Source of the DNA: Candidatus Shapirobacteria bacterium
GTDB taxonomy: Bacteria; Patescibacteriota; Microgenomatia; UM-FILTER-40-11
Direction of reading: 5' to 3'
NCBI GenBank assembly: GCA_020059745.1
Contig: JAGVBK010000003.1
Location: forward strand, 68,492-132,491
Length of the DNA: 64,000 nucleotides
Below the pieces are notes generated by a model that had not been told where the DNA came from, ran no database searches, and saw nothing but the letters and a program-made list of their open reading frames with translations. Positions within the stretch are counted from its first letter, which is position 1; the number at the start of each line of letters is the position of its first letter. Position numbers and translations under genes: made by a program. Below are positions 18,774 to 28,192 of the stretch, piece by piece.

Positions 18774-20274
18774 AATTGCATACAAATATCTTTGGGTTGT
18801 TATCCTTGTTTCTTTCTTTTTTTTGTATTCTTACAAATTAACCGAAGTTCCTCCGGGAATTAACTTTGACGAAGCTTCCATCGGGTATAATGCCGCTTTA
18901 ATTTCAGATGATCTTCATGACGAAAACGGCCGTTTATTGCCGGTTTTTATTCTTACCCTTGACGGAAAAGATTGGAAACAGCCGAGCAATGTTTATTTTG
19001 CCGCTTTAATTTTTAAAATTTTGGGAAAGTCATATTTTAACCTGCGGCTTATCAGCGTTATTTATGCTGTTGTTTCCGGCTTTCTTTTTTATAAGCTTTT
19101 AAGACTTTTTGTTTCCCAGTTTTTAAGTCTAATTGGTTTGGTTTTGTATTTAACCGCTCCTTCGATGATGATTCAAAGCCATCTGGTATTGGAAAATATG
19201 GCCCTGCTTCCTTTTTTTATGGTCTGGCTTTATTTTCTTCTTTCCTATTCGCTTAAGCCAAAACCCTATAAAGCGCTTATTTCGGGGATTTTTTTGGGGA
19301 TTTCTTTTTATTCTTATAAGGGCATGCGGGCAATGGTGCCGGTTTATTTAGTTTTATCAGTTTTTTATTTTCTTTACCTTGATTTTTACCCCCTGCCGGA
19401 TTTAAAAAAAATTAAGGCTCTTTTAATTAAAGCCAAACCTTTGTTTTATTTCTTAATCGGAATTGGTCCTTTTCTTTTGCCTGTAAATTGGTTGAATTCC
19501 CGCTACGCCGGCGCTGTTTATGACCCGCGGGTTTTTATTCCAACTTCTCTTTATGAGTCAGCGCTTATCTATTTTGGCAATTTTGATTTTTCCTTTCTTT
19601 TTGCCAAAGGCGACAGCATGCTGACCCATTCCACCGGCAGGCACGGAATTTTTTTGGGTCCGACCTTTTTTCTTTTTTTTCTTGGGCTTTTTCAGCTGGC
19701 TAAAGAAAAAAAACACCAATACTACTTTGTTTTCCTTACTCTTATCTTAACCCCGGTTCTTTTGATGAGAGTTGGTTCAGTATACCGGGCCAGCCGCTTA
19801 ATGATGTATATTCCTCTGGCGACTTTTATTTTTACTTTGGGAGTAAAAAAAATATTGGAATACAAAACCGCAGTTTTAAAATATGCGCTTTTGTCGGCGG
19901 TGATACTTTCTGTTGGCTTTTTTTATTCTGACTTTTTAAAGCATTATTTTGGGCCTTACCCTAAAAGAATCAGCCAGGACTTTTCTCCAAATTTTAACGA
20001 GGCCTTTAAAAGCTTGGCAGAGCTTTCAAGGGAAACCGGCAAAACTCCTTATGTTGAGTACGACGACTACAACCGCCACTTTACCGACATGCAATTTTTT
20101 AGGGAAGTATTTTTTCCCAAAGAAGACCTTAAAATGTGGCCCAGGGATTTTGATCCTTTTCCTGAAAACGGCTTGGTGCTAACCTCAATCGGCGGAAGCG
20201 GAGAAATAATTAATTACAAAGAAATCCCGGCGCTTGAGTCTGGCCAGCGGACTTTTTTTATTGTCGGCAAATAA
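18760..20274 (+). CDS. ArnT/PMT-like GT-C glycosyltransferase
   Basis: 'PPGINFDEASIGYNA...DENG..LP', 'FLFAKGD'. Confidence 0.8.
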   Translation: MKLLEIAYKYLWVVILVSFFFLYSYKLTEVPPGINFDEASIGYNAALISDDLHDENGRLLPVFILTLDGKDWKQPSNVYFAALIFKILGKSYFNLRLISVIYAVVSGFLFYKLLRLFVSQFLSLIGLVLYLTAPSMMIQSHLVLENMALLPFFMVWLYFLLSYSLKPKPYKALISGIFLGISFYSYKGMRAMVPVYLVLSVFYFLYLDFYPLPDLKKIKALLIKAKPLFYFLIGIGPFLLPVNWLNSRYAGAVYDPRVFIPTSLYESALIYFGNFDFSFLFAKGDSMLTHSTGRHGIFLGPTFFLFFLGLFQLAKEKKHQYYFVFLTLILTPVLLMRVGSVYRASRLMMYIPLATFIFTLGVKKILEYKTAVLKYALLSAVILSVGFFYSDFLKHYFGPYPKRISQDFSPNFNEAFKSLAELSRETGKTPYVEYDDYNRHFTDMQFFREVFFPKEDLKMWPRDFDPFPENGLVLTSIGGSGEIINYKEIPALESGQRTFFIVGK

Positions 20275-20275
20275 C

Positions 20276-21181
20276 ATGAATCTTTCAATTATCATTGTCA
20301 GCTACAACACCAAGGAACTTTTGAGAAAGTGCCTTGAGTCGGTGATCAGGGATCAGTTATCGGGAATCAGTTATCAGGGATCGGTTGTCGGTAAAAACAA
20401 AAAACCGGTAACCGATAACCAATTACCGGTAACCGAAATCATTGTCGTTGACAATGCTTCAAAAGACGGAAGCGTAGAGTACTTAAGGGAGCTAGTAGAT
20501 AATTCACCGACCACCGACCACCGATCACCGATCACTCTCAGGCTGATAGAAAACAAAGAAAATTTTGGTTTTGCCAAAGCGGCAAATCAAGGTATAAGGA
20601 TAGCAAAAGGAGAAAATATTTTGCTTTTAAATTCAGACACAAAGCTTACTGAAAATTCGCTTAAGAGCCTTTTAGAGTTTGCGGAGAAAGTGCAGCCTGC
20701 TGTGATTGGAGCCCAAATGCTAAATCCCGACGGTTCAGTGCAGGGGTCTTGCTTTTTATTGCCAACCGTTAAAAGAGCGATTTTAGAATATTGGTTGGGG
20801 AAAAAAGATTATTTTTCAAAATACTATCCAAAGGGAGATAGGCCGGTTGAGGTTGAGGCGGTTTCCGGAGGAGCGATGCTAGTCTCAAAAGAGATTGTTA
20901 ATGAAGTGGGAATGCTGGACGAGCGGTATTTTATGTATTTTGAAGACCTTGATTTTTGCCGCCGAGCAAGAAAAGCAGGATATAAAATTTATTATCTTCC
21001 TTCCTCAAAGATCATTCACGAGCACGGAGCCAGCGGTAAAAAACTGGCAGAACCGAAAGATCAATGGCGAAGACTTGTTCCTTCAAGCAAGATTTATCAC
21101 GGCAGCTTAAACCATTTTTTAATCACTTTTATTATTTTAAGCGGGCAGAAAATTAGAAAGCTTTTTACAGGCAAAAAATGA
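20276..21181 (+). CDS. GT2 glycosyltransferase (WbbL-like) with two heptamer-encoded insertions
   Basis: Probable start ATG 20276; 'SIIIVSYN', 'VVDNASKD', 'NFGFAKAANQG', 'LLNSD', 'MYFEDLDFC'. Confidence 0.9.
   Translation: MNLSIIIVSYNTKELLRKCLESVIRDQLSGISYQGSVVGKNKKPVTDNQLPVTEIIVVDNASKDGSVEYLRELVDNSPTTDHRSPITLRLIENKENFGFAKAANQGIRIAKGENILLLNSDTKLTENSLKSLLEFAEKVQPAVIGAQMLNPDGSVQGSCFLLPTVKRAILEYWLGKKDYFSKYYPKGDRPVEVEAVSGGAMLVSKEIVNEVGMLDERYFMYFEDLDFCRRARKAGYKIYYLPSSKIIHEHGASGKKLAEPKDQWRRLVPSSKIYHGSLNHFLITFIILSGQKIRKLFTGKK
20339..20436. repeat. Inverted pair of family-A heptamer arrays (8 + 5 units), imperfect hairpin, in frame
   Basis: tcggtga tcaggga tcagtta tcgggaa tcagtta tcaggga tcggttg tcggtaa [aaacaaa] aaaccgg taaccga taaccaa ttaccgg taaccga. 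Confidence 0.85.
20503..20537 (+). repeat. Heptamer array, family A (5 units), in frame
   Basis: ttcaccg accaccg accaccg atcaccg atcactc; encodes SPTTDHRSPIT. Confidence 0.85.
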
Positions 21182-22956
21182 AAAAAAAGCAAGTTTTTTT
21201 ATTGTTAATTATAATTATTATTGCTTCTGTCCTAAGGTTTTATAAATTAAACCAGTATCCGCCGGCGCTTTTTTCCGATGAGGTTGACTTGGGTTACCAA
21301 GCTTACAGCTTTTTAAAAACAGGAGCCGATTATTTTGGCAATAAATGGCCGGTTTCCTTTCGTTCGTTTGCCGACTTCAGAGCGCCTCTTTATCTTTATT
21401 CTGCAGCCGGAACGATTTCGATTTTTGGTTTAAACGAGTGGGGGGTGAGGCTGCCAGCAGCCATCTACGGGGTGCTTGGGGTAATTGCCTTTTTCTTTTT
21501 GGTTTTACAGATAAGCAAAAACTATAGTTTTTCTTTGCTCGCCTCTTTTATTTTGGCAATTTTGCCTTGGCACATTCATTACTCAAGGGCGGGATTTGAG
21601 GTTTCCGCTTTGTTTTTCTTGCTTTCTCTGGGGCTTTTTTCGTTTTTCAGGTTTTTGGAAAAAAAGAAACTTTTATTTTTGCTTTTTTCGCTTTTTGCTC
21701 TTAGCCTTTGCTTTTATACCTATGCCACTTCAAGGCTTTTTCTGCCTTTGCTTTGTTTTGCTGCCCTTCTAATTTACGGAAAAGAAATTTTTAGTTTTAA
21801 CTTAAAAAAATTATCAGTTTCTTTCTTTGTCTGTTTTATATTTCTTTCCCCTTTTATCAAAGATGCTTTTTGGGGGGAAGGTTTGCACCGTTTTTCTTAT
21901 TTGAATATTTTTTCTGACTCTAACTTGAAGTTTGAAATCGATAGGCAAAGGCTGGTTGACGCAGTTCACAACCGCGAGCAGGTGGTGGGAATGGCTACAC
22001 CTAAATTTGCTTATGTTTTCCACAATAAACCGCTTTCCTGGGCCACAACAATAGTGAGAAGCTTCATTTCCAGTTTTTCTTTTGATTTTCTTTTTCTTAA
22101 AGGCGATCCCAACCTAAGGCACGGAATTGGAAAAATGGGAGGAGTGCTGATTGTATTTTTGCCGTTTTTGCTTTTAGGGCTCTTTAAAGTTTTTGAAACA
22201 CTAAAAGCAGGGAAGGGTTCTTTATTATCAGCTAAAGAAAGCCTTTTCTTTTTATCCTTTCTTTTTTTAGCCCCTCTTCCTTCATCAATTACCTACGACG
22301 GCGGAACTCACGCCACCAGGCTCTTTTTTATGGTTTTGCCTTTGTCATTACTTGTTGCCTTAGGAATTTGGGAGTTTTTTACCTGGATAAAGAAAGCTAA
22401 AATAAGAAACGCACTAATAGTTTTTACTGGATTTCTTCTCTCAATTAATTTAGTTAACTACCTGCACTTTTACTATTATCATTACCCGCTTGAGTCAGAA
22501 CGCTTATGGCATTATGGATTTAAGGAAGGGATTACTAAGCTTAATAAGCTCTCAGAAAGCTATGACAAGGTTATTTTAAGCAGTTCATACGAACCGCCCA
22601 TGATTTTCTTTTTATTTTGGTCAAAGCATGAGCCTTCTTTGTTTAAGGCTAAAGACTACCAGTATTTTAGCAATGATTGGTTTGAAGGAAAGCAAATTGG
22701 AAAATATTATTTTGGCAAGCTAAAAAGCAGTTTTCTTGATCAGTATTTAACTTCCCAGTTAAAAGAGGAAAACTTGGAGAAAATTTTAATTTTGGCTGGG
22801 AGAAACGACTTTGGCAGTGACCTAAATCACAAGATCCCTTCGCTTTTAAGCGCTGTCGACAAGGTTAATCTTCCCTCAAAAGAGCCAATTCTTTTTTTAC
22901 TGAGAACAAAAACTTATGAAGAATTGGAAAAAGAAAGAGTAGAATTAGTTAAATGA
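21178..22956 (+). CDS. ArnT/PMT-like GT-C glycosyltransferase
   Basis: 'LRFYKL..YPPALFSDE..LGYQAYS.LKTG.D', 'GLNEWGVRLP', 'PWHIHYSRAGFE', 'FLFLKGD', 'WHYGFKE'. Confidence 0.85.
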   Translation: MKKKQVFLLLIIIIIASVLRFYKLNQYPPALFSDEVDLGYQAYSFLKTGADYFGNKWPVSFRSFADFRAPLYLYSAAGTISIFGLNEWGVRLPAAIYGVLGVIAFFFLVLQISKNYSFSLLASFILAILPWHIHYSRAGFEVSALFFLLSLGLFSFFRFLEKKKLLFLLFSLFALSLCFYTYATSRLFLPLLCFAALLIYGKEIFSFNLKKLSVSFFVCFIFLSPFIKDAFWGEGLHRFSYLNIFSDSNLKFEIDRQRLVDAVHNREQVVGMATPKFAYVFHNKPLSWATTIVRSFISSFSFDFLFLKGDPNLRHGIGKMGGVLIVFLPFLLLGLFKVFETLKAGKGSLLSAKESLFFLSFLFLAPLPSSITYDGGTHATRLFFMVLPLSLLVALGIWEFFTWIKKAKIRNALIVFTGFLLSINLVNYLHFYYYHYPLESERLWHYGFKEGITKLNKLSESYDKVILSSSYEPPMIFFLFWSKHEPSLFKAKDYQYFSNDWFEGKQIGKYYFGKLKSSFLDQYLTSQLKEENLEKILILAGRNDFGSDLNHKIPSLLSAVDKVNLPSKEPILFLLRTKTYEELEKERVELVK

Positions 22957-24215
22957 AAAAGATTATATTATTTGCTTTGATTGTCAGGCTGATTTTTATC
23001 TTTGGCCATTATCACCCTGATTTGGGCAATCATCTTGATTGGGGGAACAGGCTTTGGGAATATGGTGCAAAAAATTTCTATGGAAGTAGCGTGTGGACGG
23101 TTTCCTGGCCTAACCAGCCACCGGGAACAATGTACCTTTGGGGATTATTAAGTAAGGTTAATCAGGGAATCTTTAATGTTTTTTGGTATGTAAACTTAAA
23201 TATTCCTGCCTTTCCATCTTTCATTATCCCTTTTTTGGAAAAAAGTTTACATCCGGCTTTAGTAAAATTGCCTTCAGTTCTGGCTGAACTTGGCATTGGC
23301 TGGCTTATTTATCAGTTTCTTTTACACTTTGGTTTGAAAAAAAAGAAAGCCTTGTCTGGAGCTGCTCTTTTTTTATTTAACCCGGTAATAGTTTACAATT
23401 CCGCAGTTTGGGGGCAGACCGATGGGGTGGTAAACTTTTTTGCACTATTTGCATTCTTTTTAACCCTGAAAAAGAAATATTTATGGGGAATTTTGGCTTT
23501 TATGTTTTCAATATATGTAAAACTGTCTTTGATAATCTTTTTACCTCTGTTTTTGTTGCTTCTCTGGAGGGAAAAAGTCCCGGTTGCAAAAATTATTTTG
23601 AATTTTACCTTATCTTTTTTATTTATTGTCTTGATCAGCCTGCCTTTCACTCATGGCAACCCTGTTCTTTGGTTAAAGGGCCTTTATCAGGCCCGGATTA
23701 TTGGAGGCCAGGGGAATATGCTTACTGCCAATGCCTTTAATCTTTGGGCAATTATTTTTGGAATTGATCTTTCCAGACCCGATGTAGGTACTTTTTTAAA
23801 TTTGAGTTATAAAATTTGGGGAATAATCCTTTTTTCGCTTGGCTTTGTGGCTACTATTTTCAAATTTGAAAAAAATAAATTTAATAATCAAAGCTTTTTC
23901 TTTAGTCTCGCCCTGGTTTCCTTTTTTTCTTTTATGTTTTTAACTAACATGCATGAAAGATACCTATATCCTGCTTTTCCTTATCTTGCTCTGCTTACTG
24001 CCTGGGGTTTTTTGCCCTTGGCGATTTACATAACTATCTCGGTTATTCATTTATTAAATCTTTACAATCTTTGGTTTTATCCAGACATTGGTTTTGGGGT
24101 AAGCTTTTTAAATTGGCTGCCAAGTGTTAAAATTCTTTCGTTAATTCTTCTTTTAATGAACTTTTATATTATCTACCGATTTTATTCATTGAATCAGTCA
24201 AAAAAAGGGGAGTAA
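22953..24215 (+). CDS. GT-C glycosyltransferase (MHERY type)
   Basis: 'YHPD', 'NQPPG', 'KLPSVLAE', 'NSAVWGQTD', 'NAFNLW', 'MHERY'; paralog of 17514. Confidence 0.75.
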   Translation: MKKIILFALIVRLIFIFGHYHPDLGNHLDWGNRLWEYGAKNFYGSSVWTVSWPNQPPGTMYLWGLLSKVNQGIFNVFWYVNLNIPAFPSFIIPFLEKSLHPALVKLPSVLAELGIGWLIYQFLLHFGLKKKKALSGAALFLFNPVIVYNSAVWGQTDGVVNFFALFAFFLTLKKKYLWGILAFMFSIYVKLSLIIFLPLFLLLLWREKVPVAKIILNFTLSFLFIVLISLPFTHGNPVLWLKGLYQARIIGGQGNMLTANAFNLWAIIFGIDLSRPDVGTFLNLSYKIWGIILFSLGFVATIFKFEKNKFNNQSFFFSLALVSFFSFMFLTNMHERYLYPAFPYLALLTAWGFLPLAIYITISVIHLLNLYNLWFYPDIGFGVSFLNWLPSVKILSLILLLMNFYIIYRFYSLNQSKKGE

Positions 24216-25873
24216 TGAAAAGATATTTAAATTCCGTATTTCTTGCCTTAATTATCTTTTTATCTTTTTTCCTAAGAATTTACCGCTTGGATAATTTGGA
24301 GCTTTTTGGAGATGAAATTGATGTCGGCTACCAAGCCTATTCGGTTTTAAAAACAGCCAGAGACTACCGGGGCAATTTTCTTCCTTTTTATATGGAATCT
24401 TTTTCTGAATCAAGGGCCCCTCTTTTTTTGTATAGCGCTGTCCCTTTTATCAAGATTTTCGGTTTAAATGAATGGGGAGTTAGGCTGCCGGCAGTTTTTT
24501 GGGGGGTTTTGGGAATTGTCTTTTTGTATCTTTTGGTAAAGCTTTTATTTAAAGATTCAAAAACTGCTTTAATTTCTTCCTTGTTGCTGTCAGTTTCGTA
24601 CTGGCACCTTCATTATTCAAGAGCAGCTTTTGAGGTGACCTTACTTTTGTTTTTAGTGCTTTCCGGAACTTATTTTTTCCTTAAAGGAGAAAAAAGGAGA
24701 GTTTTTTATTATTTTTCTGCCTTTTGTTTTGCGCTTTCTTTTTATACCTACAATACTGCAAATGTTTTTGTTCCTTTGTGGGGCCTTTCCCTGGTTATCT
24801 TGAGCCTAAAGGAAACAAAAAAACTTAAGCCACTGCTTCTTCCCGGTTTTGTCTTTTTTTTAGCTGTTTTACCTTTAGGTTTTAAAGTGCTTAATGGCCA
24901 GGCATCCGACCGTTTTTCAAAAATAAGCATATTTTCCGACCCTGCATCAATTAACTGGATCATTAAAAAACGAAGCAGTGGCGATAACTCCTTGAAAGAA
25001 AGATTTTTTTATAATAAGTTAACACGATTTAGTTACAAATTTGGGGAAAATTACTTAACTTCTTTTTCTCCCCAGTTCCTTTTTATCTCCGGCGACCCCA
25101 ATCCCAGACACTCCGTTCCTGGTTTTGGAATGTTTCCGTGGGCTTTTTTGCCGCTACTCCTTTTGGGGATATATTTTTCCCTGAAAAAATTTGACCAAAA
25201 AGAGCATAAGTTTTTATGGTTGTGGTTAGCTTTTTCCCCTCTTGCTTCTGCCCTCACCGCCGAGGGAGGCAATCAAGCCACGCGGCTTTTTCTTATGCTG
25301 CCTGCTTTTGTGGTTCTTATGGCCTTAGGGGTAAAACAGGCTCTTAGCCTCAAGTTTGGAAAAGTGTTAGTGCTTGGTTTTGCCATGCTTTTAATTTTTA
25401 ACATCTTTTCCTATTTTCATGAGCTTTTTTCTCATTATTCAAAAGACCAATTTAAGTACTGGCATTATGGCTATAAAGAAATAACCCTTGCTCTTAAAGA
25501 AAGCGATTGCCGTAGGGTTTACATTAACAATAACCATGAGCCCTTTTTGCCCCGCTACCTTTTTTGGATGAAGAAAGATCCGGCCTGGTTTCAGAAAAAG
25601 TTTGAAGGAGACCAGGGAAATCAGGATATTGGCGAAAACTTTTCCGGTTTCAAGTTGGAAGAAAGCTTTTTTGGCAGGGTGAAGGAAGATGATAAGCTTT
25701 TGGCGATAAAACAAATATTAGAAGAAAAAGATACTTGTTTGATCGCTTTTCAGAAAGACGAAATTCCGGGTGATTGGAATCTTAAAGAAAGCAAACACGA
25801 GGGAATAAATGTTTTAAAGCTGGTAAAGAACCCCTTGGGAGAACCCTATATTTACCTTCTTAAGGGCGACTGA
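24215..25873 (+). CDS. ArnT/PMT-like GT-C glycosyltransferase
   Basis: 'FGDEIDVGYQAYS', 'GLNEWGVRLP', 'WHLHYSRAAFE', 'WHYGYKE'. Confidence 0.85.
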   Translation: MKRYLNSVFLALIIFLSFFLRIYRLDNLELFGDEIDVGYQAYSVLKTARDYRGNFLPFYMESFSESRAPLFLYSAVPFIKIFGLNEWGVRLPAVFWGVLGIVFLYLLVKLLFKDSKTALISSLLLSVSYWHLHYSRAAFEVTLLLFLVLSGTYFFLKGEKRRVFYYFSAFCFALSFYTYNTANVFVPLWGLSLVILSLKETKKLKPLLLPGFVFFLAVLPLGFKVLNGQASDRFSKISIFSDPASINWIIKKRSSGDNSLKERFFYNKLTRFSYKFGENYLTSFSPQFLFISGDPNPRHSVPGFGMFPWAFLPLLLLGIYFSLKKFDQKEHKFLWLWLAFSPLASALTAEGGNQATRLFLMLPAFVVLMALGVKQALSLKFGKVLVLGFAMLLIFNIFSYFHELFSHYSKDQFKYWHYGYKEITLALKESDCRRVYINNNHEPFLPRYLFWMKKDPAWFQKKFEGDQGNQDIGENFSGFKLEESFFGRVKEDDKLLAIKQILEEKDTCLIAFQKDEIPGDWNLKESKHEGINVLKLVKNPLGEPYIYLLKGD

Positions 25874-26511
25874 TGACAAAAAAAGTTACCGCTATTTTTC
25901 TTGCTTTGGTTTTTATCTCTCCTTGGTTTTGGCTGTTTGTCCGGAGCCCGGGAGCCTTAATTCCCCGAAAAGAGGATCTGTATCAAAGAAATACTCATGA
26001 GTTTATTAGTGAAGTTAACTCCTTTCAAAGCGAAAGCAGGAAACAAAACATAGGGTTATGGGGAAAAATTATTGTGAACAAGGCAACATTCTTGTTTAAG
26101 GATGCAATTACCCGTTATAGCGAGTCTTTTGACTTTCATTTTCTTTTTATTGAAGGTGATTTGGATGTTAAAAAAACCACCAGGGCTTCAGGCCCTCTTT
26201 ACCTTTCATTCTTGCCCTTCATTGCTTACGGTTTTGCTCTTTGCTTTAAAAAAAAGGATTATTGGCCGATTTTTTTTGTTTTTATTTCACCGGCTTTGGC
26301 TGCTTTTTTTAATCAACACTATGAAACCCTGTCCAGAATACCCTTTATTCTTAGCTTGACTGCACTTGCCGCCATGGGAATAAATGCCTTTTCAAAGCTT
26401 AAAGGCTACTTTTTTTTGAAATCAGTTTTTATTTTTTTTCTCATTTTTGAATTTTTAAGGTTTGTTCATTATTACTTTATGCACCACCCGTATCTTTTGC
26501 TAAAAAGATGA
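25873..26511 (+). CDS. Short ArnT-like membrane protein (internal/C-proximal portion only)
   Basis: 'IIVNK...RYSESFDFHFLFIEGD' matches the mid-loop of neighbouring paralogs; lacks the N-terminal DE loop. Confidence 0.6.
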   Translation: MTKKVTAIFLALVFISPWFWLFVRSPGALIPRKEDLYQRNTHEFISEVNSFQSESRKQNIGLWGKIIVNKATFLFKDAITRYSESFDFHFLFIEGDLDVKKTTRASGPLYLSFLPFIAYGFALCFKKKDYWPIFFVFISPALAAFFNQHYETLSRIPFILSLTALAAMGINAFSKLKGYFFLKSVFIFFLIFEFLRFVHYYFMHHPYLLLKR

Positions 26512-28169
26512 AAACCAGCTTGAAATTTTCATTGCTTTTAATTTTTTTATTAGCTTTGGGAATGCGCTTTTATAAAATAAGCAAAGTTCCAGCCTCGCTA
26601 AATTGGGATGAGGCAGCCTTTGCTTATAATGCTTACTCAATTCTAGAAACAGGAAAAGATGAGTATGGCTACAGTTTTCCTCTTGAATTTAAGTCTGTGG
26701 GAGATTATAAATGTCCTTTGTTTGTTTATCTCTCTGTTCCGGTAATCAAATACCTTGGTCTTAATGAATTTTCCATCAGGTTTCTTTCCTCTTTTTTTGG
26801 TGCTTTAACTGTTGTAGTTTTCTTTATGCTGGTTAAGGAGCTTTTTAATGATGACCGTTTATCGGTTTTGTCTGGAATTATCCTTTCAATTTCTCCTTGG
26901 CACCTGCAGTTTACCCGGGCTCAGGGGGATGTTGCCATAAGCTCTTTTTTGGTTATTTTAGGTATTTGGCAGTTTTTGGCTTGGGTTAAGGGTGGCAAAA
27001 AAGCTTCAATTTTTGTTTCCATTGCCAGTTTTGCTTTAAGCTTCTATGCATATTTTTCCGAGAGATTTTTTGTTCCGGTTTTAGCCTTGCTGTTTGTATT
27101 TATTTTTAGAAAAGAAATTTTAGAAAAAAGAAAGACTCTTGTGCCAGCTTCTTTTTTGGGTCTTGTTTTGCTTTTTCCTTTGATTTCAACCATGGTTTCG
27201 TCAGGCCAAAAAAGTAAGATTCTAATGACAACCATTTTTGGCTACCGCAGACCCGCAGAATATCTTAGTAGGATGCTTTACGAAGACCATTTCCCGATTC
27301 TTTTTAAAGTTTTTCACCACCCTTTGGTTGAATATCCCTGGATGACGGTTGACCGTTATTTAAATCATTTTTCTCCAAAATTCCTTTTTATTGAGGGGCC
27401 GAAGGATGACCGGCAGAGAATTGAAGGCATGGGTATGCTTTACTGGTCAGACGCAGTTTTGCTTGTCTTGGCATTGGCCTCAATTGCGGGGGGAATAAAA
27501 AAAAGAAAAGAGCTTTTCTTTGTTATGGGTTGGCTTTCAATTTCGCCTTTGCCCTCAATTATTACCAGGGACCCGGTTCACGCCAGAAGAGCTTTTAATA
27601 TGGTTTATCCTCTTTGCATTATTCTCGCTATAGGGATGGTTAAGTTTATTGACCTTGTTAGACAAAAAAAAGGTCTTATAAAAATCTTTCTTTCTTCTTT
27701 CTTTTTTCTTCTTTTTGCCTGGTCTTTTTCTTTCTACCTTTTAAGCTACTATGTTTTTACTCCACCCAGGACAGCTGCCGGTCCCGGAGGGTGGAATTAC
27801 GGCTATAAAGAGTTAGTGGAATATGTTTCTCCTTTAAAAGAAAACTATAACAAAGTAGTGATAGATACCAGCTACCAAGGCCCTTATTTGTTTTTTTTAT
27901 TTTATGAAAAATATCCTCCTTTGAAATATCAACCTCAAGCCCAATTGGTTAAGAAAAATGAGTTTTCACTAGGGGAGGGAAAAGGCTATGACAGCTACGA
28001 GTTCAGAGACATTTACTGGCCCAAAGACCGAGGGCTGAAAAACACTTTGTTTGCCGGCTCTCCCGAGCGGTTGCCTTTGCAGGATATTGACCCCAAAGAA
28101 GCAAGAATTATAAAGAAAATTTATTTTCCCGACGGCAGGGAAGCATTTTATGTGGTTGAGACTTTTTAG
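26508..28169 (+). CDS. ArnT/PMT-like GT-C glycosyltransferase
   Basis: 'PASLNWDEAAFAYNAYSILETGKDEYG', 'GDYK.P', 'PWHLQFTR', 'WNYGYKE'. Confidence 0.85.
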   Translation: MKTSLKFSLLLIFLLALGMRFYKISKVPASLNWDEAAFAYNAYSILETGKDEYGYSFPLEFKSVGDYKCPLFVYLSVPVIKYLGLNEFSIRFLSSFFGALTVVVFFMLVKELFNDDRLSVLSGIILSISPWHLQFTRAQGDVAISSFLVILGIWQFLAWVKGGKKASIFVSIASFALSFYAYFSERFFVPVLALLFVFIFRKEILEKRKTLVPASFLGLVLLFPLISTMVSSGQKSKILMTTIFGYRRPAEYLSRMLYEDHFPILFKVFHHPLVEYPWMTVDRYLNHFSPKFLFIEGPKDDRQRIEGMGMLYWSDAVLLVLALASIAGGIKKRKELFFVMGWLSISPLPSIITRDPVHARRAFNMVYPLCIILAIGMVKFIDLVRQKKGLIKIFLSSFFFLLFAWSFSFYLLSYYVFTPPRTAAGPGGWNYGYKELVEYVSPLKENYNKVVIDTSYQGPYLFFLFYEKYPPLKYQPQAQLVKKNEFSLGEGKGYDSYEFRDIYWPKDRGLKNTLFAGSPERLPLQDIDPKEARIIKKIYFPDGREAFYVVETF

Positions 28170-28192
28170 TTTTATAATGGTATAAGAAAAAA

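Noticed and set aside
6498-20574. DGR template/variable repeat pair (the 92-bp shared segment plus an Avd-like gene)
   Set aside because: Mismatches are mixed (many C/T as well as A/G), not confined to adenines of one copy; both copies are coding and mid-gene; no reverse transcriptase in the window
27685-27740. T/C-rich low-complexity stretch
   Set aside because: Explained by Phe/Ser/Leu codons of a TM helix; no fixed period
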